NCBI GenBank assembly: GCA_011109175.1
Contig: RDEW01000049.1
Coordinates: 93,215-126,214 of the forward strand
DNA length: 33,000 nucleotides
Direction of reading: 5' to 3'
Origin: Dicyema japonicum
Lineage: Eukaryota > Animalia > Dicyemida
In this document: positions 11,180-23,603 of the stretch, piece after piece
Numbering within the stretch: position 1 is the stretch's first letter
Layout of the letters: every line of letters starts with the position of its first letter
The notes under the pieces: model-generated
Database searches by the model: none
Told to the model about the DNA's origin: nothing
What the model saw: only the letters and a program-made list of their open reading frames with translations
Translations under genes and position numbers: made by a program

Positions 11180-11760
11180 ATTTGTTTAACGAAAGAGTGT
11201 CTTTTATTTTGGGAGAACATTTGGAAAGAATAGCCGAGCAATGAGAACACATTTTCAATGAACATTCGAGTGACTGGAGCAGAAGACACATTTATAGACT
11301 TCAGCAAATAAAGCATCTCCGAACCGGAGAGCTAGCGGATGTGGTGGATTGTAAAACTTCTTTCTCAAAAAATTCACATCGATTCCTGATTACTTTGTGA
11401 AGAGGTCTCATAGTTAATACACGAGAAGTATACTCCAGATGAGTGGTTGTACACAGGAGTCACATATCTCATCCAGAAGAAAGACCTATACCCCAAAGAA
11501 CCTAAGACCAATTACGTGTATACCCAAAGTTAAAAGTTGGTTACGAAGTGTGTGAACAGAAAATTATCAGACTATTTTGAGGCATACTATCTGATCAGTT
11601 ACAATCAAGTGGGAACACGAAGGATGTGGAAAGGGGGTAAGGAGCAGGCACTATTAAACCAATGCATCAACCAGCAGAACGGGAGTAATTTGGTCACTGC
11701 GTGGATAGACGTTAAAAAGTACTTGGATTCGGTGAATCATGATTATGTGTACAGTGAGTG
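11180..11760 (+). mobile_element. R2/R4/NeSL-like non-LTR reverse transcriptase fragment
   Basis: PDEWLYTGVTYLIQK, PKNLRPITCIP (second frame), KLVTKCV...NQVGTRR...GKEQALLNQCIN...TAWIDVKKYLDSVNHDY. These correspond to RT motifs about 0-3. Confidence 0.8.
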
Positions 11761-12388
11761 ACAAAATGATCAACAGTCTTTTTGTTTTTCTTGCAATGGT
11801 TACATAATGTACCCACGTAGAAACGAACAAGTCCTGCGATTGTAGCTAAGTGCCAATTCCGTTATTTAATTACTCGCAGAATCTCCGACCTCCCCAAACA
11901 TATAGCCAATCCTTTCCAGATTTTTATGGAACTGGAAGAGCATCAGTTCTCTTTTTAAAGTGACTGAAGTAAGTTCTCTTTCAAAAGTCTTCCTGCTTAA
12001 ATTAACCTCTCTTTATTTGCAGGTTTGAGGTGCAACCTCAATGAGTAATTTCCGTGGAAATTAAACCCACACAAATTCCTATCTTTCATAAAGCTGAATA
12101 TCAAGTTATAAATCCTCTCAGAAGCTTTGCTTATATGTGTCAAAGTTGTCACTTTCCCTGAAATTTCAAGACTACACAACCATCTGAGAATATGCCTTCA
12201 GGCGGGGAGGAGTGATCACTACTCTCTGAGATCTGTTACAAGAAGACTAATAATAATTTCCCATTGTCCGCGTAATATTTTAAAATCTTAGTACCGATGA
12301 ATATTGAAAAAATTTACAATTGTGATTTTTACCGAGTATTTATCGGTTTTTGTCAAAAAAAGGAATTACAAAATTATCAATGTCAAAT

Positions 12389-12675
12389 GCGGATCATAGC
12401 GCTGTCCAACGAGGACTGATGGTCCCTAGTTCAAATCTCGCTGCTGTATATTGGGGTTGAAGGTTCCACGTTTCTACGATGCTTTGCCATGACGAATGAC
12501 GCCGTAATCAGTGAACATATCACTGCGGAACGGGTCGTTTATAAAAAAAACATACACACAACAAAATGAAAAAAAAAGTGAGAGCATTTTTTGGTTTTCC
12601 CTTTACGATTAGTTATCATAACTGTTCTTTACTTAAATGGCTCTCCTTTAAAGTGCTGTTATGGATGCGGATCAT
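12389..12675 (+). mobile_element. SINE-like element, copy 2
   Basis: B-box-like GTTCAAATC at 12429-12437, followed by the core shared with 2759-2961 in inverted orientation. Confidence 0.55.
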
Positions 12676-13059
12676 CTATTCTGGTACAGGAAACCTAATT
12701 TTAATACGGATAACCTTGTAATTCTCAAAAATAACAAATATCATAGCATCATTACCTAATCTTAAACTGACTTTCCCACAAGCTACAGTTGACAATTGTC
12801 TTGTATCGAAGTGACCAAACACCATAGCTAAAAAAACATTTTTTGACCTGAAAAATGTTAATCATAATAAATTTGTTGACAAATCATCAACAAGAAGTCT
12901 AACAAGTAAATTAAAACCAATGTCAGAAATGACATTAACGCACTGGTAAAGACTCAAGTCGACTCTAAGCAAACAAAACGTGACTTCAAAAACGAAAGAA
13001 ACAGGAAATGACCTCAACTATTGGCAGAACAACTTTGGTGATCGAAGGAGTCTGAATCA

Positions 13060-13095
13060 ATTATGAAAATCTACGCCGATGATATTGATTTCGTC
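13060..13095 (+). mobile_element. Tiny RT motif remnant (KIYADDIDF)
   Basis: YADDxDF like the motif at about 20040. The surrounding RT context is not recognisable. Confidence 0.25.
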
Positions 13096-13388
13096 TGCTT
13101 ATTAGCAATTATCTTTTTTTTGAAAATGAAATTGCCTATGTTACCCAACATTGTATGAAATTGCCATTTTTTAGAAAATGAATTGGATACTAAACTGAAG
13201 TGCATCGGGGTATGACAAGAAATTAGATCTTAGTCATTTTGGTAGAGATTCGCTATTCTCTAAACTAATAAAAATCCACTATTCAGTAACGAGGTAAGAG
13301 AGTGATCTCTCAATGCGTACCAGTAAAATTGATGAATTATTTCTTAGAATAATGCTATTCAACAAATAAAAAGGTTTTCTATACAAAA

Positions 13389-13460
13389 GGCTAGGTTTAG
13401 GATTAGGTTGAAGTTCATGTTAACGGTTAGAAGTAAGGGTTGAGGATTGATACAGGGTAT
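13389..13460 (+). repeat. Degenerate 6-bp periodic, telomere-like (GGTTAG) tract
   Basis: GGCTAG GTTTAG GATTAG GTTGAA GTTCAT GTTAAC GGTTAG AAGTAA GGGTTG. Confidence 0.5.
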
Positions 13461-14282
13461 ATGTTGGAAGTTAAAATATCTTAGACAACTAAAATTTGTT
13501 CATCACCCTGAATTTCAGTCTCTTTTGTTAATGCTTTTCCATTTTAAAAGAGACGTCAAATCGCAAGTCCAATATTCTTAAAACTATTTTTGTAATCCAA
13601 ACTGATCGTACAAATCCACTTTGACACCCTTTTCTCTGCGTCTTGCTTTCAACATTGTATGAGAACTAAACTCCTATGATGCAAAAATTCTTTAACCATG
13701 TTGGTCGTACGAGACTGAGTTAACCGTGGCTTTGAAAACAGTTTTGTGCTTAAACGAATATATCAGAGATTCAAGGATCATATCCATTCCGGGAACCAAT
13801 AAATCACGAGATTTACTAGTTTAGCGTTTCCGCGGAATTTGGAATTTTTTCATTTCATTATTCATTTCAAAATTAGATCTGACTGCATTTCATATAGCGC
13901 CTAAAATAATCTCTAAATTCTTTGCTATATTATATACTTTTTATTTACAAAACTCCAAACGCCTTCCCTTTCGGCTATTTAAAATTTGGCATATTTTGAT
14001 GTGGGTTTTCACCTCTACAAATCTTCATTCAAGAATAGATCTTAAATTTAGTTTTTATTTAATATCCAGGGACATATGGATAGAGATTATGAGACACGTC
14101 CAGATCCTACGATCAGTTTTAAAAAGGCACGAAACATGACAGAATCCTAATTTTACTTTAACATAATTATTGTTTGCGTACAGAATTCCAAAATAATTAA
14201 AAATTTATATAAATATTATATAAAAACTTTAATTTAATTAACAAAAATAATAAAATACCGCCACTATTTTTGAGTTTGTGAT

Positions 14283-14347
14283 GGACAATTTAGCTTGCTC
14301 ATTGTTAGTAATTTTTTTGGACAATTTAGCTTGCTCATCGTTAGTAA
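14283..14347. repeat. Short direct repeat, 36-bp period
   Basis: GGACAATTTAGCTTGCTCAT(T/C)GTTAGTAA at 14283 and 14319. Confidence 0.9.
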
Positions 14348-14799
14348 GGTTTTTTGATTATTCGACATTCAATTTTTTATCCGATTTCTATCGTGATTTC
14401 TATTATGTTAGATTATTTTTTATTCATAAACGTTATGATTTTTTACGTTATGACTATAAAGAATTTATAGCGGCAAACCTAAATTTCTAGCGTGATATTT
14501 AGCTTGGAAGATCATTTTGTTGTAATGGGTCATAAATGGGTTTTGTGAAAGACTGCGTGGAATAAATCTGTATAGACTCTATGTTGTAGGTTAGTACGTG
14601 GATGTAATTTTAAGAGATGCTTTGGATGTAAATTTCTCGTAATTTTCCGAGACACTGTTAATAAGATAGAGAATGTTTCTATTATCAATGAAAGCTATTG
14701 TAAATGTGCAATAAATGTAAAGATCTGAAATACACTGATCTCAAGTTAGTCATATCTCTGGTGAATGAAACCCTAATGGAGTTCGTGGCGAAATCATTA

Positions 14800-15952
14800 A
14801 ACGAGTTTTCACACTGAAGATTAAATAAAATTGAGTATGAATGTCGACAAAGATACTTCACTGTAGATAGTTAGATCATCAGAAAAGTCATTCGAAATTG
14901 TGAAGTTTGAAAATTTTCGCGTCCTTTAAAAGTATGATTTCTTTTAATTGTAGATTGGAGATATTAATCAACATGTGGTCGCTTTTGTACAATTGAACGT
15001 TTTCAGATTGATCTTATAATCTGAGATTGTCAATAATAAATCAAAATTTCAAATTGATTTTAACGGTCACTATATATATACTAGGTTGGTTATTTTAAAC
15101 AATTTTTGTAGATTCGCATTCGTCAGACCACTTTCTAATAAGTCTGGAAAAGAAGTGTGTGAAAACCTTAGATCTATGTTTTGTCTGAATCGGCCATGCA
15201 AAAATCTTCAGTCAGACAATGGGTCTGAATTCAGAAATCGAGAAATAAAAAGCAAATTCACGGAAAGCTTAACAACCCTTGGGCACAAGAGATCGTCTAA
15301 AGATTCAATCAAACGATGACGAGAAAGTTGTCCAAAATGCTGGATAACAGTGAAAAAATTGGCTTGATAAAATAGAAATTGCTGTGTACAGTCATAACAT
15401 TTCTGGCCATTCATTTTCTAACGAAAGTCCTTCGAAGGATATCGAGGAATAAAGGGAATAAATTTAATAATTCATCGTTACACATATATCACNTAATAAA
15501 TCAAAATTTCAAATTGATTTTAACGGTCACTATATATATACTAGGTTGGTTATTTTAAACAATTTTTGTAGATTCGCATTCGTCAGACCACTTTCTAATA
15601 AGTCTGGAAAAGAAGTGTGTGAAAACCTTAGATCTATGTTTTGTCTGAATCGGCCATGCAAATATCTTCAGTCAGACAATGGGTCTGAATTCAGAAATCG
15701 AGAAATAAAAAGCAAATTCACGGAAAGATTAACAACCCTTGGGCACAAGAGATCGTCTAAAGATTCAATCAAACGATGACGAGAAAGTTGTCCAAAATGC
15801 TGGATAACAGTGAAAAAATTGGCTTGATAAAATAGAAATTGCTGTGTACAGTCATAACATTTCTGGCCATTCATTTTCTAACGAAAGTCCTTCGAAGGAT
15901 ATCGAGGAATAAAGGGAATAAATTCAATAATTCATGGTTACACATATATCAC
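14800..15952 (+). pseudogene. Stand-alone rve-type integrase relic (Ginger/KRBA2-like), core duplicated
   Basis: LNKIEYECRQRYF...IIRKVIRNCEV (zinc-binding-like region), a frameshifted RFxIDLI, FAFVRPLSNKSGKEV, LQSDNGSEFRN, and RFNQTMTRKLSKML...WLDKIEIAVYSHN. Confidence 0.8.
15034..15952. repeat. 459-bp duplication around a single N
   Basis: 15034-15492 and 15494-15952, four substitutions seen, N at 15493. Confidence 0.9.
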
Positions 15953-17479
15953 ATTAAGTTTAAACAATTTAAATGATGAATGTGTGATTCCAGAGCAAAT
16001 GGGAAATTAAGTTAATTGTTCGATTCCAGTATCTATTGAAAAATCACGTAATTCAATTTAAAAATAAATAAGTTCGAGTTGAAAAGGACATTGGAACAAA
16101 TTCTTGGATGCAGAAATAATTAATATTTTTCCGAATAAAAAGTTGAGGTAGTTTTAAATATTTTAATTTAATAGATAAAAAATTCGAAAAGAGAAAATTC
16201 GACTGTAGGAATTGCGAGACAAAAAAATTAGTTATTTAAAAATTTCCGAAGACGGAAACAATCTTTCAGTTCTCTGAGGGAAAATTGGTAGTATCAGAGT
16301 GTATTTGTGTGGATTCTTTTTCTAACACTGTGATGCTCACTTCGGCGCAAGAGAAGGACACAAAACAATTATTTTCAATGCTTAAAATAACTTGTTGGCG
16401 ATTGCTTTGAATAATTCTTATAGTTGGCTGGCAACTCTTCTGATCATGTGCACTTTCTGCCTTTATTGTTGTTTTTGGGGATATTGTGTTCAAAAATCAC
16501 ATTTCAAATTTAAACCAGAACAAACGAAAGAAAATCAAACCAATTTAGATTGAGCTCTCAGAGGACTTGAAATGACAAGTTACGGATAGAATCTTTTTTA
16601 GTTGAACCAGCTTTCTGAAATTTTTATTTTTTTCTGAAATATCGGTTAACAAGGAAAGTCTGCTTTCGTTGAATAAGGTTGAAAAAGCATATACTTTTCG
16701 CTTTACTTCTCAAGTTAGCAAACGGCAATTTTCATAATTACAAATGAAGTAAAAGTACAATCAACAATATTAATGAAGTGACATAGCCAAAGAATATATT
16801 CATCTATAATCTTTCCAAATTGTTTGTAAAATAATAAATAAAATTAATGACAAAAAAGCCTACACTCATGGCTAGTTCGGTTCTTTGAATAATCTTGGAA
16901 ACCACACTTCTCTCTAGCAGATCGGTTCCGAGCGAATGTTGACCATTGGAGGGCACGTAAGAACTCGACACTTCCTTCTTTCAATTACTTGCAGTTGTCC
17001 CTATTATGTATACATGTGATCAAAAAATCACATTTTCTGAATCCATTCAATCAAAAAATAACATCCTTATATTTATAAAACAATTTTATTGAAAACCTCA
17101 GTAGGAGTAGAAGGGTTGATGTTCAAAGGAAATGATTTCAGTTTCCCTACAGTTTGTTAAAGAATTTGCAATGTTAGGAGAACTCTATAAAATCTACAAC
17201 ACACACGGCGTTGAAAGAAATCTTTAGACGATCTATGGAAGATGCCAAACACCCTTCTTTGGTCAAACCAGTCTTTTAATGGGGGAAACATCTTATGGGA
17301 TGACCATCTTCCCTTTGAAGCGGCGAAATCTTTTGCTGGGACCGCCATCTTTCCCTTAATACCATATCAAAGTCCACTTAATTTATTTTAAAACCACAAG
17401 ACCACCAAGAATAAAGAATTAACTCATTAAAAATTTTACTACATCACAAAAAATGATTTCCATTAATTTAGATTAATTT

Positions 17480-17760
17480 TCCATCATCAAAAACAATTGG
17501 GTCTGACTTTCGATACTAACGTGCTGAACAAATGTGAAAAGAAATGCCTAACAGGTCTGTGGAAAATTGGACATCACCCTATACATAAAACGCTATACTA
17601 ACAGTACATTAAACCATGCATTTCATATGCGTGTACTTCATGGGGACCACTGGCCTTTTATACGAAGACTCAGAAAATCTACGCAACTCAGAAAAAAGCC
17701 ATCAAACTAACTGAAAGATTATATACAGGAGAAATATCAAATCACCGACGCTTTAAGTTT
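17480..17760 (+). mobile_element. Jockey/I-like LINE post-RT fragment
   Basis: KQLGLTFD...KCEKK...HHPIHKTLY*QYIKPCISYACTSWGP...TQKKAIK matches the LGxxFD / LYKxYIRPxLxY...W...Q pattern. Confidence 0.7.
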
Positions 17761-19899
17761 GTTCTTCAAATTAGTTCGTCTACCAAAAAATCCTCAACTT
17801 CTTGGATCTCCACTGCTCGATGGTCTTTCAAATCAAAGTTTTTTAAATTCTTGGTAGGAGTGTCTTTTTATACTGGATTTCAAGGATTTGAGTGAACGGA
17901 ACAACAATAGTTAATTATTCAAAAGAAATTCTCAAAGATCATCTCTCTGAGGACTTCCCCGCTGAATTACATTCTGAACTACACATTAGTTACGATTTGG
18001 CAGATTCAAGTTAGTGTAAGACGGACCTTCAATGGGGTGCTGGAGCTCGTGGCGTAGATGTCGTGCGCATTTCATTCTCAAGTTGAACTTGGTGTGATTC
18101 AAGCTGTCGCTGTGTTCCTGTATGTTTGTGGAGAAGGATCTAGTTATGTTTGGTTTTGTTTTGGAGAATTTGATAAGGGTTATTCGAATTGGTGTTCTAG
18201 AAAGAAGGTATGGTTGGTTTTTATTAATTTTGTGCTTCGTTTTACTGTGTTCTTTATAGGAAGGAAGATAAATTTCTTGTCTTCATGGAGTGTTTTGATC
18301 AATTTCGGAGTCTATCGAAAAAAGTTGCATAAACCATTCTGGTCAAAATATTTTATTAGACAACTCTATTTTGGTTTATCTTGCACTATTCGCAGTAAAA
18401 TGAAGATGTTCCATATGAGTCTATAGTCCCATCATCGTTCTCAACTGTTTGAACATATTCCTCTTCATTGAGAGTAATCGTGTGTGAGTAAAGCTAGTTG
18501 TTTAAGTCCTTATATGATTAATTATGATAATGCATACTCTGTTCTGCATAAATCTGAGGAAAACCGTCCGTTCTTTAACACCTATCAAAGTCGATTTTTT
18601 CTGTAATCGTTTTTTTAAGTGAAATTATTCTTTTAGAGACAAAAGTATAGCTGTGTGATTCAGTTGTCCAACCAGGATAATAATTAAATCATAATAAATT
18701 TGAATTAATTAACACAATTTATATCCCAGAAAAATGAACTATTAAGTTAGTTAAATGTTAAATTGAACTCCGCAAGTTCCAAGTACATTATACTTGTTTT
18801 TATTGGCACTGCAGACTGAAATAACATTATTAATTACGTAATTCACTTGTCGGCCTGCCGTCTTTTCTAAATATATTATTTTCTAACATATACAATTTAT
18901 TATCTTCGAGATATAATACTCCATTAGTTGATACTTTATATCTATACTAAATATAATATCATACGCCTCTGGATTTCCGAATGAATCAATACAAACGATA
19001 ACACTATATTATTATCATTAAAAATACTCATTTAAATAAATAAGGTTAGAAGTAATTTTAAAAATTTGAATAACATTTATTCCTCTAGGAAAGTTACTAC
19101 ATTAATTATAAATTCGTACATATTGTTAAGTAATGATAAATTTTCCGCAAATTCGATCGATATGAATTTGAGAGAATGACAGTATTCAAAATATCTATAA
19201 ATTTAAAAATATATGTAACATGATGAAAATAGTAGGCGGGAATGTTTGGTTGTCTACAGATTTTAAACTTTGATCATTATTACCACAACTACTATAAATA
19301 ATTAATAATTAATACAAACCATCTAACTTCATTCTTATTAATGAAAAGTTGACATCAGGTTCAAATTTAATATTTTGAACAACTAATCCAATTATTTTAA
19401 AATCAGATAGGCCAGTTATCGAAACTGTACAATTATTCCAATATCTTAATAATTTATATTTAATACAGAGCTCTATTTCTTATTGAATCGTTTTTGCATA
19501 AATTCTGTGATGTCAAAATATCGAATGACAAGTTTAACACGAGAAAAGTGAACATCTATAAGATTAAATACCAAAATAATGAATATATGATAACCACAAG
19601 AAATAAAAAATACTACATGAAATACAGTCGTCATAATTAATAATAATTTTATTAAATAAAGTGTTGGATTAAATAAATAAAATTAAAAAATAGTTTAATT
19701 AAATTCACACAATTAACATGGTATTCCTATTTGTTTAATAATTTTACCATAAAATTTAATAAATTTGTCAATAATATCTAATAACTTTGCCTTAATGTTT
19801 AGTAACTTTATCAAAATGTTTAAAAATTGTGTCAAAAAGTTGAATACCTTTTGAATAATGTTTAATTACAGGTAAATTAGCGCGAAAATCAAATTTTGT

Positions 19900-20075
19900 G
19901 TGAATCCGAAGAGAGGCTACGCACATTGACACTTTAGAAGTTGACTCACAATAACCAATCCTTTTGTTGTCTATCTGGAAGCTGCTCTTCGTAATCTGAG
20001 AGCTAAAAATTGTCCTACTTTTATCTAGGAATTAAGATATGCAGATGACCTGGATTTTGGTTTTGAAGTATGATG
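19900..20075 (+). mobile_element. RTE-type RT fragment (motifs 4-5)
   Basis: With one frameshift the region reads DSQ*PIL / VVYLEAALRNLR...ELRYADDLDF. Confidence 0.6.
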
Positions 20076-20949
20076 ATATCTAATTCTTTTTTAGACAAGA
20101 GTACTGCAGGGTAAATGAAATTATATTTTTTCAGACAAGAGTACTGCAAAGTAATTTAATTGGTCTAATTTTGGAGGATTAGACGTGAAGTTAACACAAA
20201 GCTGTATGAAGTAGTTAGCCTGAGTATGATGGAAGAATCTTTTGCCTTTTTTAGAATCAAATAGATGATATTGTTCTAAGTAACGAATTATCGTCATTCG
20301 CTCTACTGATTTGATTTTATGTGAAATATCGAAAAATCGAATAAGGTAATCGTTTGATGACATATGAATGTTTCTGTGCGATTTTGGCTACAGATTGATC
20401 TATCAGGACTTATAGCTTTTCAACCTCCGATCTTCTTTTTTACTTGAAAGTAAAAATAGGTCATATTTCTTCTTGACAGTTAAATTAGGTCAACCGTTGA
20501 AGTACTTTTAAATATACATTTGATGACTATTGATGCCATTAGTATCCTTAATATTATTCGCAACCAAATGTGGATGCCTTTGGTTTATTCTGACATTACC
20601 ACTTTTCTTATTTCTTGATCTGTGGACGATTAGGAGGACATTTTTTTAATGATCTAAATGACCGAATTAATCTGAAATCACATTAAGATATGTTTTTGAA
20701 AAATAAAGAGTTCATTGAGACCAATATGATACTGGAGGTTTGCTTCAAAACGAGTAGAAATTAATCAACAAATGCTTGGTTGAATGTTTATCAATGTGGT
20801 AAAATTGGCAACGTTCTGACGACGAGGCAGTGAGAATAGCTACCTAGCTCCGTTTTGACCATAATTTTGTGTTAATGAAAATGCATCTGTGGACGCTGAA
20901 TCGATGGTTATCAGTCTTTAAGCTGATTTATGGCTGGTCCCCGACACTA

Positions 20950-21486
20950 ACTTGACTTTAAAAAATGTTTCTTTCTTTGCGATGGCAACACCCCGAAGGG
21001 ATAACGATACTCCCATTCGCTAATGGTCGAAACATTGCTGCGGCGTTCACATGTTAAAAAATACTCTCCAACAAATTTGGCTGGAATCCAGTTTATGACA
21101 CCGAAGATCATAAAACTAGACTTGTTCCACAAAGTTCAGCTGTAAAAAAACAGGAACTACTTGGCCCACGAGAAATCGAGAAATGCATTATTTAAGAGAT
21201 GTAGCACTATACCTATCAGTTTAGAATTACTGGAATCCAGAAGGAAGCTTTTCGGACACGTGCGAGGATGGAATTAACATCCCCACCTAACAAATCTATG
21301 GAAACATACTATGTTAGTCAAGAAGGCCGCTATCGTCGAAGACCAAATACAACAATGCCAACAGTTTTACAAAAAAAAAACCTCGTTAAAATTAAAAGAA
21401 ATTTAAAAACTGCCGACGACCTTGACACTATGGTCCACATAGATGGTGGCAACTCTGAAATAATGATTATATGTTGTGTTGTTTAA
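20950..21486 (+). mobile_element. RTE-type LINE 3' end, same family as 7850-8160
   Basis: KLDLFHKVQL, NALFKRCSTIPISLELLESRRKLFGHV, PPNKSMETYY...GRYRRRPNTTMPTVL. It may be the continuation of 19900-20075 after an interruption. Confidence 0.7.
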
Positions 21487-22720
21487 TTAAATCGTGTCCT
21501 TTGAGATCGCATGAACGAGTTTCCTCAACTCTCCCCGATCCGTTGCAATTTGGAGTAGCCTTGATATAAGAATTCCCGTAACCTCCTCCACCGTGGATAG
21601 CTACCAAGTCTTTGGTCGGCCAGGTCTTCTCTTCCGAGTGATATTGCTCAGCATATTGGTTCTTTCAAGGGAATCAAAGCGGACAACATGCCCAAAAAAC
21701 GCCATTCTGTGTTTTACGATTCTTCCTTTAGCGAAATGTCCGTTTCCACCCGTTTGAGTACATCAATGTTTTTAATTTAAAAGTCCAATGGATTCTTACT
21801 AACCTCCTTCAGTACCACAGCTCAAAAGCATCAATTTTTCGTCTATCCACTTTTTTCAGTATCCATGATTCTCCGCGGAATAGGAAAACCGGTAACACGA
21901 TTACATTAACCAGTCTGCATTTGGTCCTTAATCAAACATCTTTGCTTTTCCAAATTCTATTCATTCTCTGGAAGGTGTCTCGTCCCATGGCAATTCGCCT
22001 CTTGATTTCCAAACCTCCGTCATTATTCCGATTAATTAGACTTCCCAGAAAGACAAAATTATCTCAAATCTCTTGTTTCTTATTCCCAATTTTTTAGTTC
22101 CATTATTAGCAGTAGTCATAATTTCGGTCTTCTTGATATTTAGCAATAAACCAAAGACGACGCTCTATTCTCTGAATCTTAGAATCAACTCCCTGAGGCC
22201 ATCCTCTGTTTCAGCCAGTAAGGTTGCATCGTCAGCATAGCGCAAATTATTGATGTTGCTTCATCCAATTTTAATCCCTTTTTTGATACAGTATCCAATT
22301 TAGTCATGATCATTTCGGCATAAATATTGAATAGGATGGGAGATAATAAGCATCCTTGTCTTACTCCTTTACTAATTTTAAACCAATCGGTATCTCCATA
22401 CACTGTTCTAACAGTAGCTTCTTGATCCTTATAAAGAGATTTGATAAGCAATATCAGATGGGCATCGAATCCAAATTCTTTTAAAGCGGACCACAGCTTG
22501 TCATGTATAACGGAATCAAAAGCTTTCCGATAGTCAATGAAGCACATGTATACACTCTTTTGGGATTCATGGGCTTTCTCCATAATCCACCGGACATTTG
22601 CTATATGGTCACGTGTGCCTCGTCCCTTCCTGAATCTTGCTTGGACATCCGGTAGAATCATTTCGGCATTTGGCATTAGACGATGTTGTATAATGTCACA
22701 GGCGCAACAGTTTATCAAAT
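21487..22720 (-). mobile_element. 5'-truncated RTE-clade (BovB-like) LINE, RT and 3' end
   Basis: ORF 22185-22718: RFRKGRGTRDHI, CFIDYRKAFDSV, GVRQGCLLSPILFNIY. After a frameshift: NNLRYADDATLLAE, NIKKTEIM, FVFLGSLI, IKRRIAMGR, KIDAFELW, and terminal LLQIATDRGELRKLVHAI. Confidence 0.92.
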
Positions 22721-22978
22721 TAATGATTTAATTTATCAAATTAATATATATAATTTGACCAAACTAGTGCAACAACAACAACAACGATTTATTGACAAAA
22801 GAGTTAAGGAGATTTCTGGAGGGTATTACATCTGAGTCCTACCATAAGGCTTGGACTCCACACCTGGACCCTTCCTCCTTTTTTTTATTATTAATCTTTT
22901 TCGGAACGTTTCTCCCAGCTTTTTAATCTTTATTCTCCCAGCTTTATGTATGTGTCCTGGACCTTTGATCTCCTCCTG

Positions 22979-23192
22979 AAACCATTGATCCGATCCTCCA
23001 CAATCTTGCTAATCGGTTCCAGGAGCTTGTTTTCGTCCTCGTTTAGACAGTCTTTCAGTTTCATTTTTAAGGAGAGCTTAATTGCAAACCATTGATCCGA
23101 TCCTCCACAATCTTGCTAATCGGTTCCAGGAGCTTGTTTTCGTCCTCGTTTAGACAGTCTATCAGTTTCTTTTTTAAGGAGAGCTCAATTGC
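22979..23192. repeat. Tandem duplication, 2 x 107 bp, inside the LINE
   Basis: 22979-23085 and 23086-23192, three substitutions. Confidence 0.95.
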
Positions 23193-23285
23193 AGCTCTTC
23201 TAGTCTTCTCTAGGAGGGATAAGATCTTGTCCCTTTTCGGAGAGAAGAACCACCCCTCGCACCCATAAAGTAGGCTAGGGAGAAT

Positions 23286-23603
23286 AACTCCCTTGAAGAT
23301 AAACAGGTAAGTGTCACGGCTAACGTGTAACTTCCGTGTACATAAGAGCGACTAAAAGGCTCTCTTTCTCCTCCCCTTTATGTTGTCCATGTAATCTCCT
23401 GCGTGTCCATAGTCGACCCCCAGGTAGCGCAGAATGTGTGGATTAACTCCCTTGAAGATAAACAGGTAAGTGTCACGGCTAACGTGTAACTTCCGTGTAC
23501 ATAAGAGCGACTGAAAGGCTCTCTTTCTCCTCCCCTTTATGTTGTCCATGTAATCTCCTGCGTGTCCATAGTCGACCCCCAGGTAGCGCAGACTGTGTGG
23601 ATT
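23286..23603. repeat. Tandem duplication, 2 x 159 bp, inside the LINE
   Basis: 23286-23444 and 23445-23603, two substitutions. In frame (53 codons). Confidence 0.95.

Noticed and set aside
12389-12450. Functional tRNA gene
   Set aside because: Has a B-box-like motif but I cannot fold a cloverleaf, and it continues into a dispersed repeat core.
13860-14000. Tc1/IS630-like C-terminal motif (EGVWSFVNKK, minus strand)
   Set aside because: A single short motif with no supporting DDE context.
14283-14347. CRISPR-like repeat (29-nt repeat, 36-bp period)
   Set aside because: Only two units with a 7-nt spacer, no cas genes, eukaryotic context.
17950-18480. LINE ORF1/Gag-like relic on the minus strand; ORF 18058-18426 on the plus strand
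   Set aside because: The A/C-rich minus strand is suggestive, but there is no zinc knuckle or other motif. The plus-strand ORF looks like an antisense shadow.
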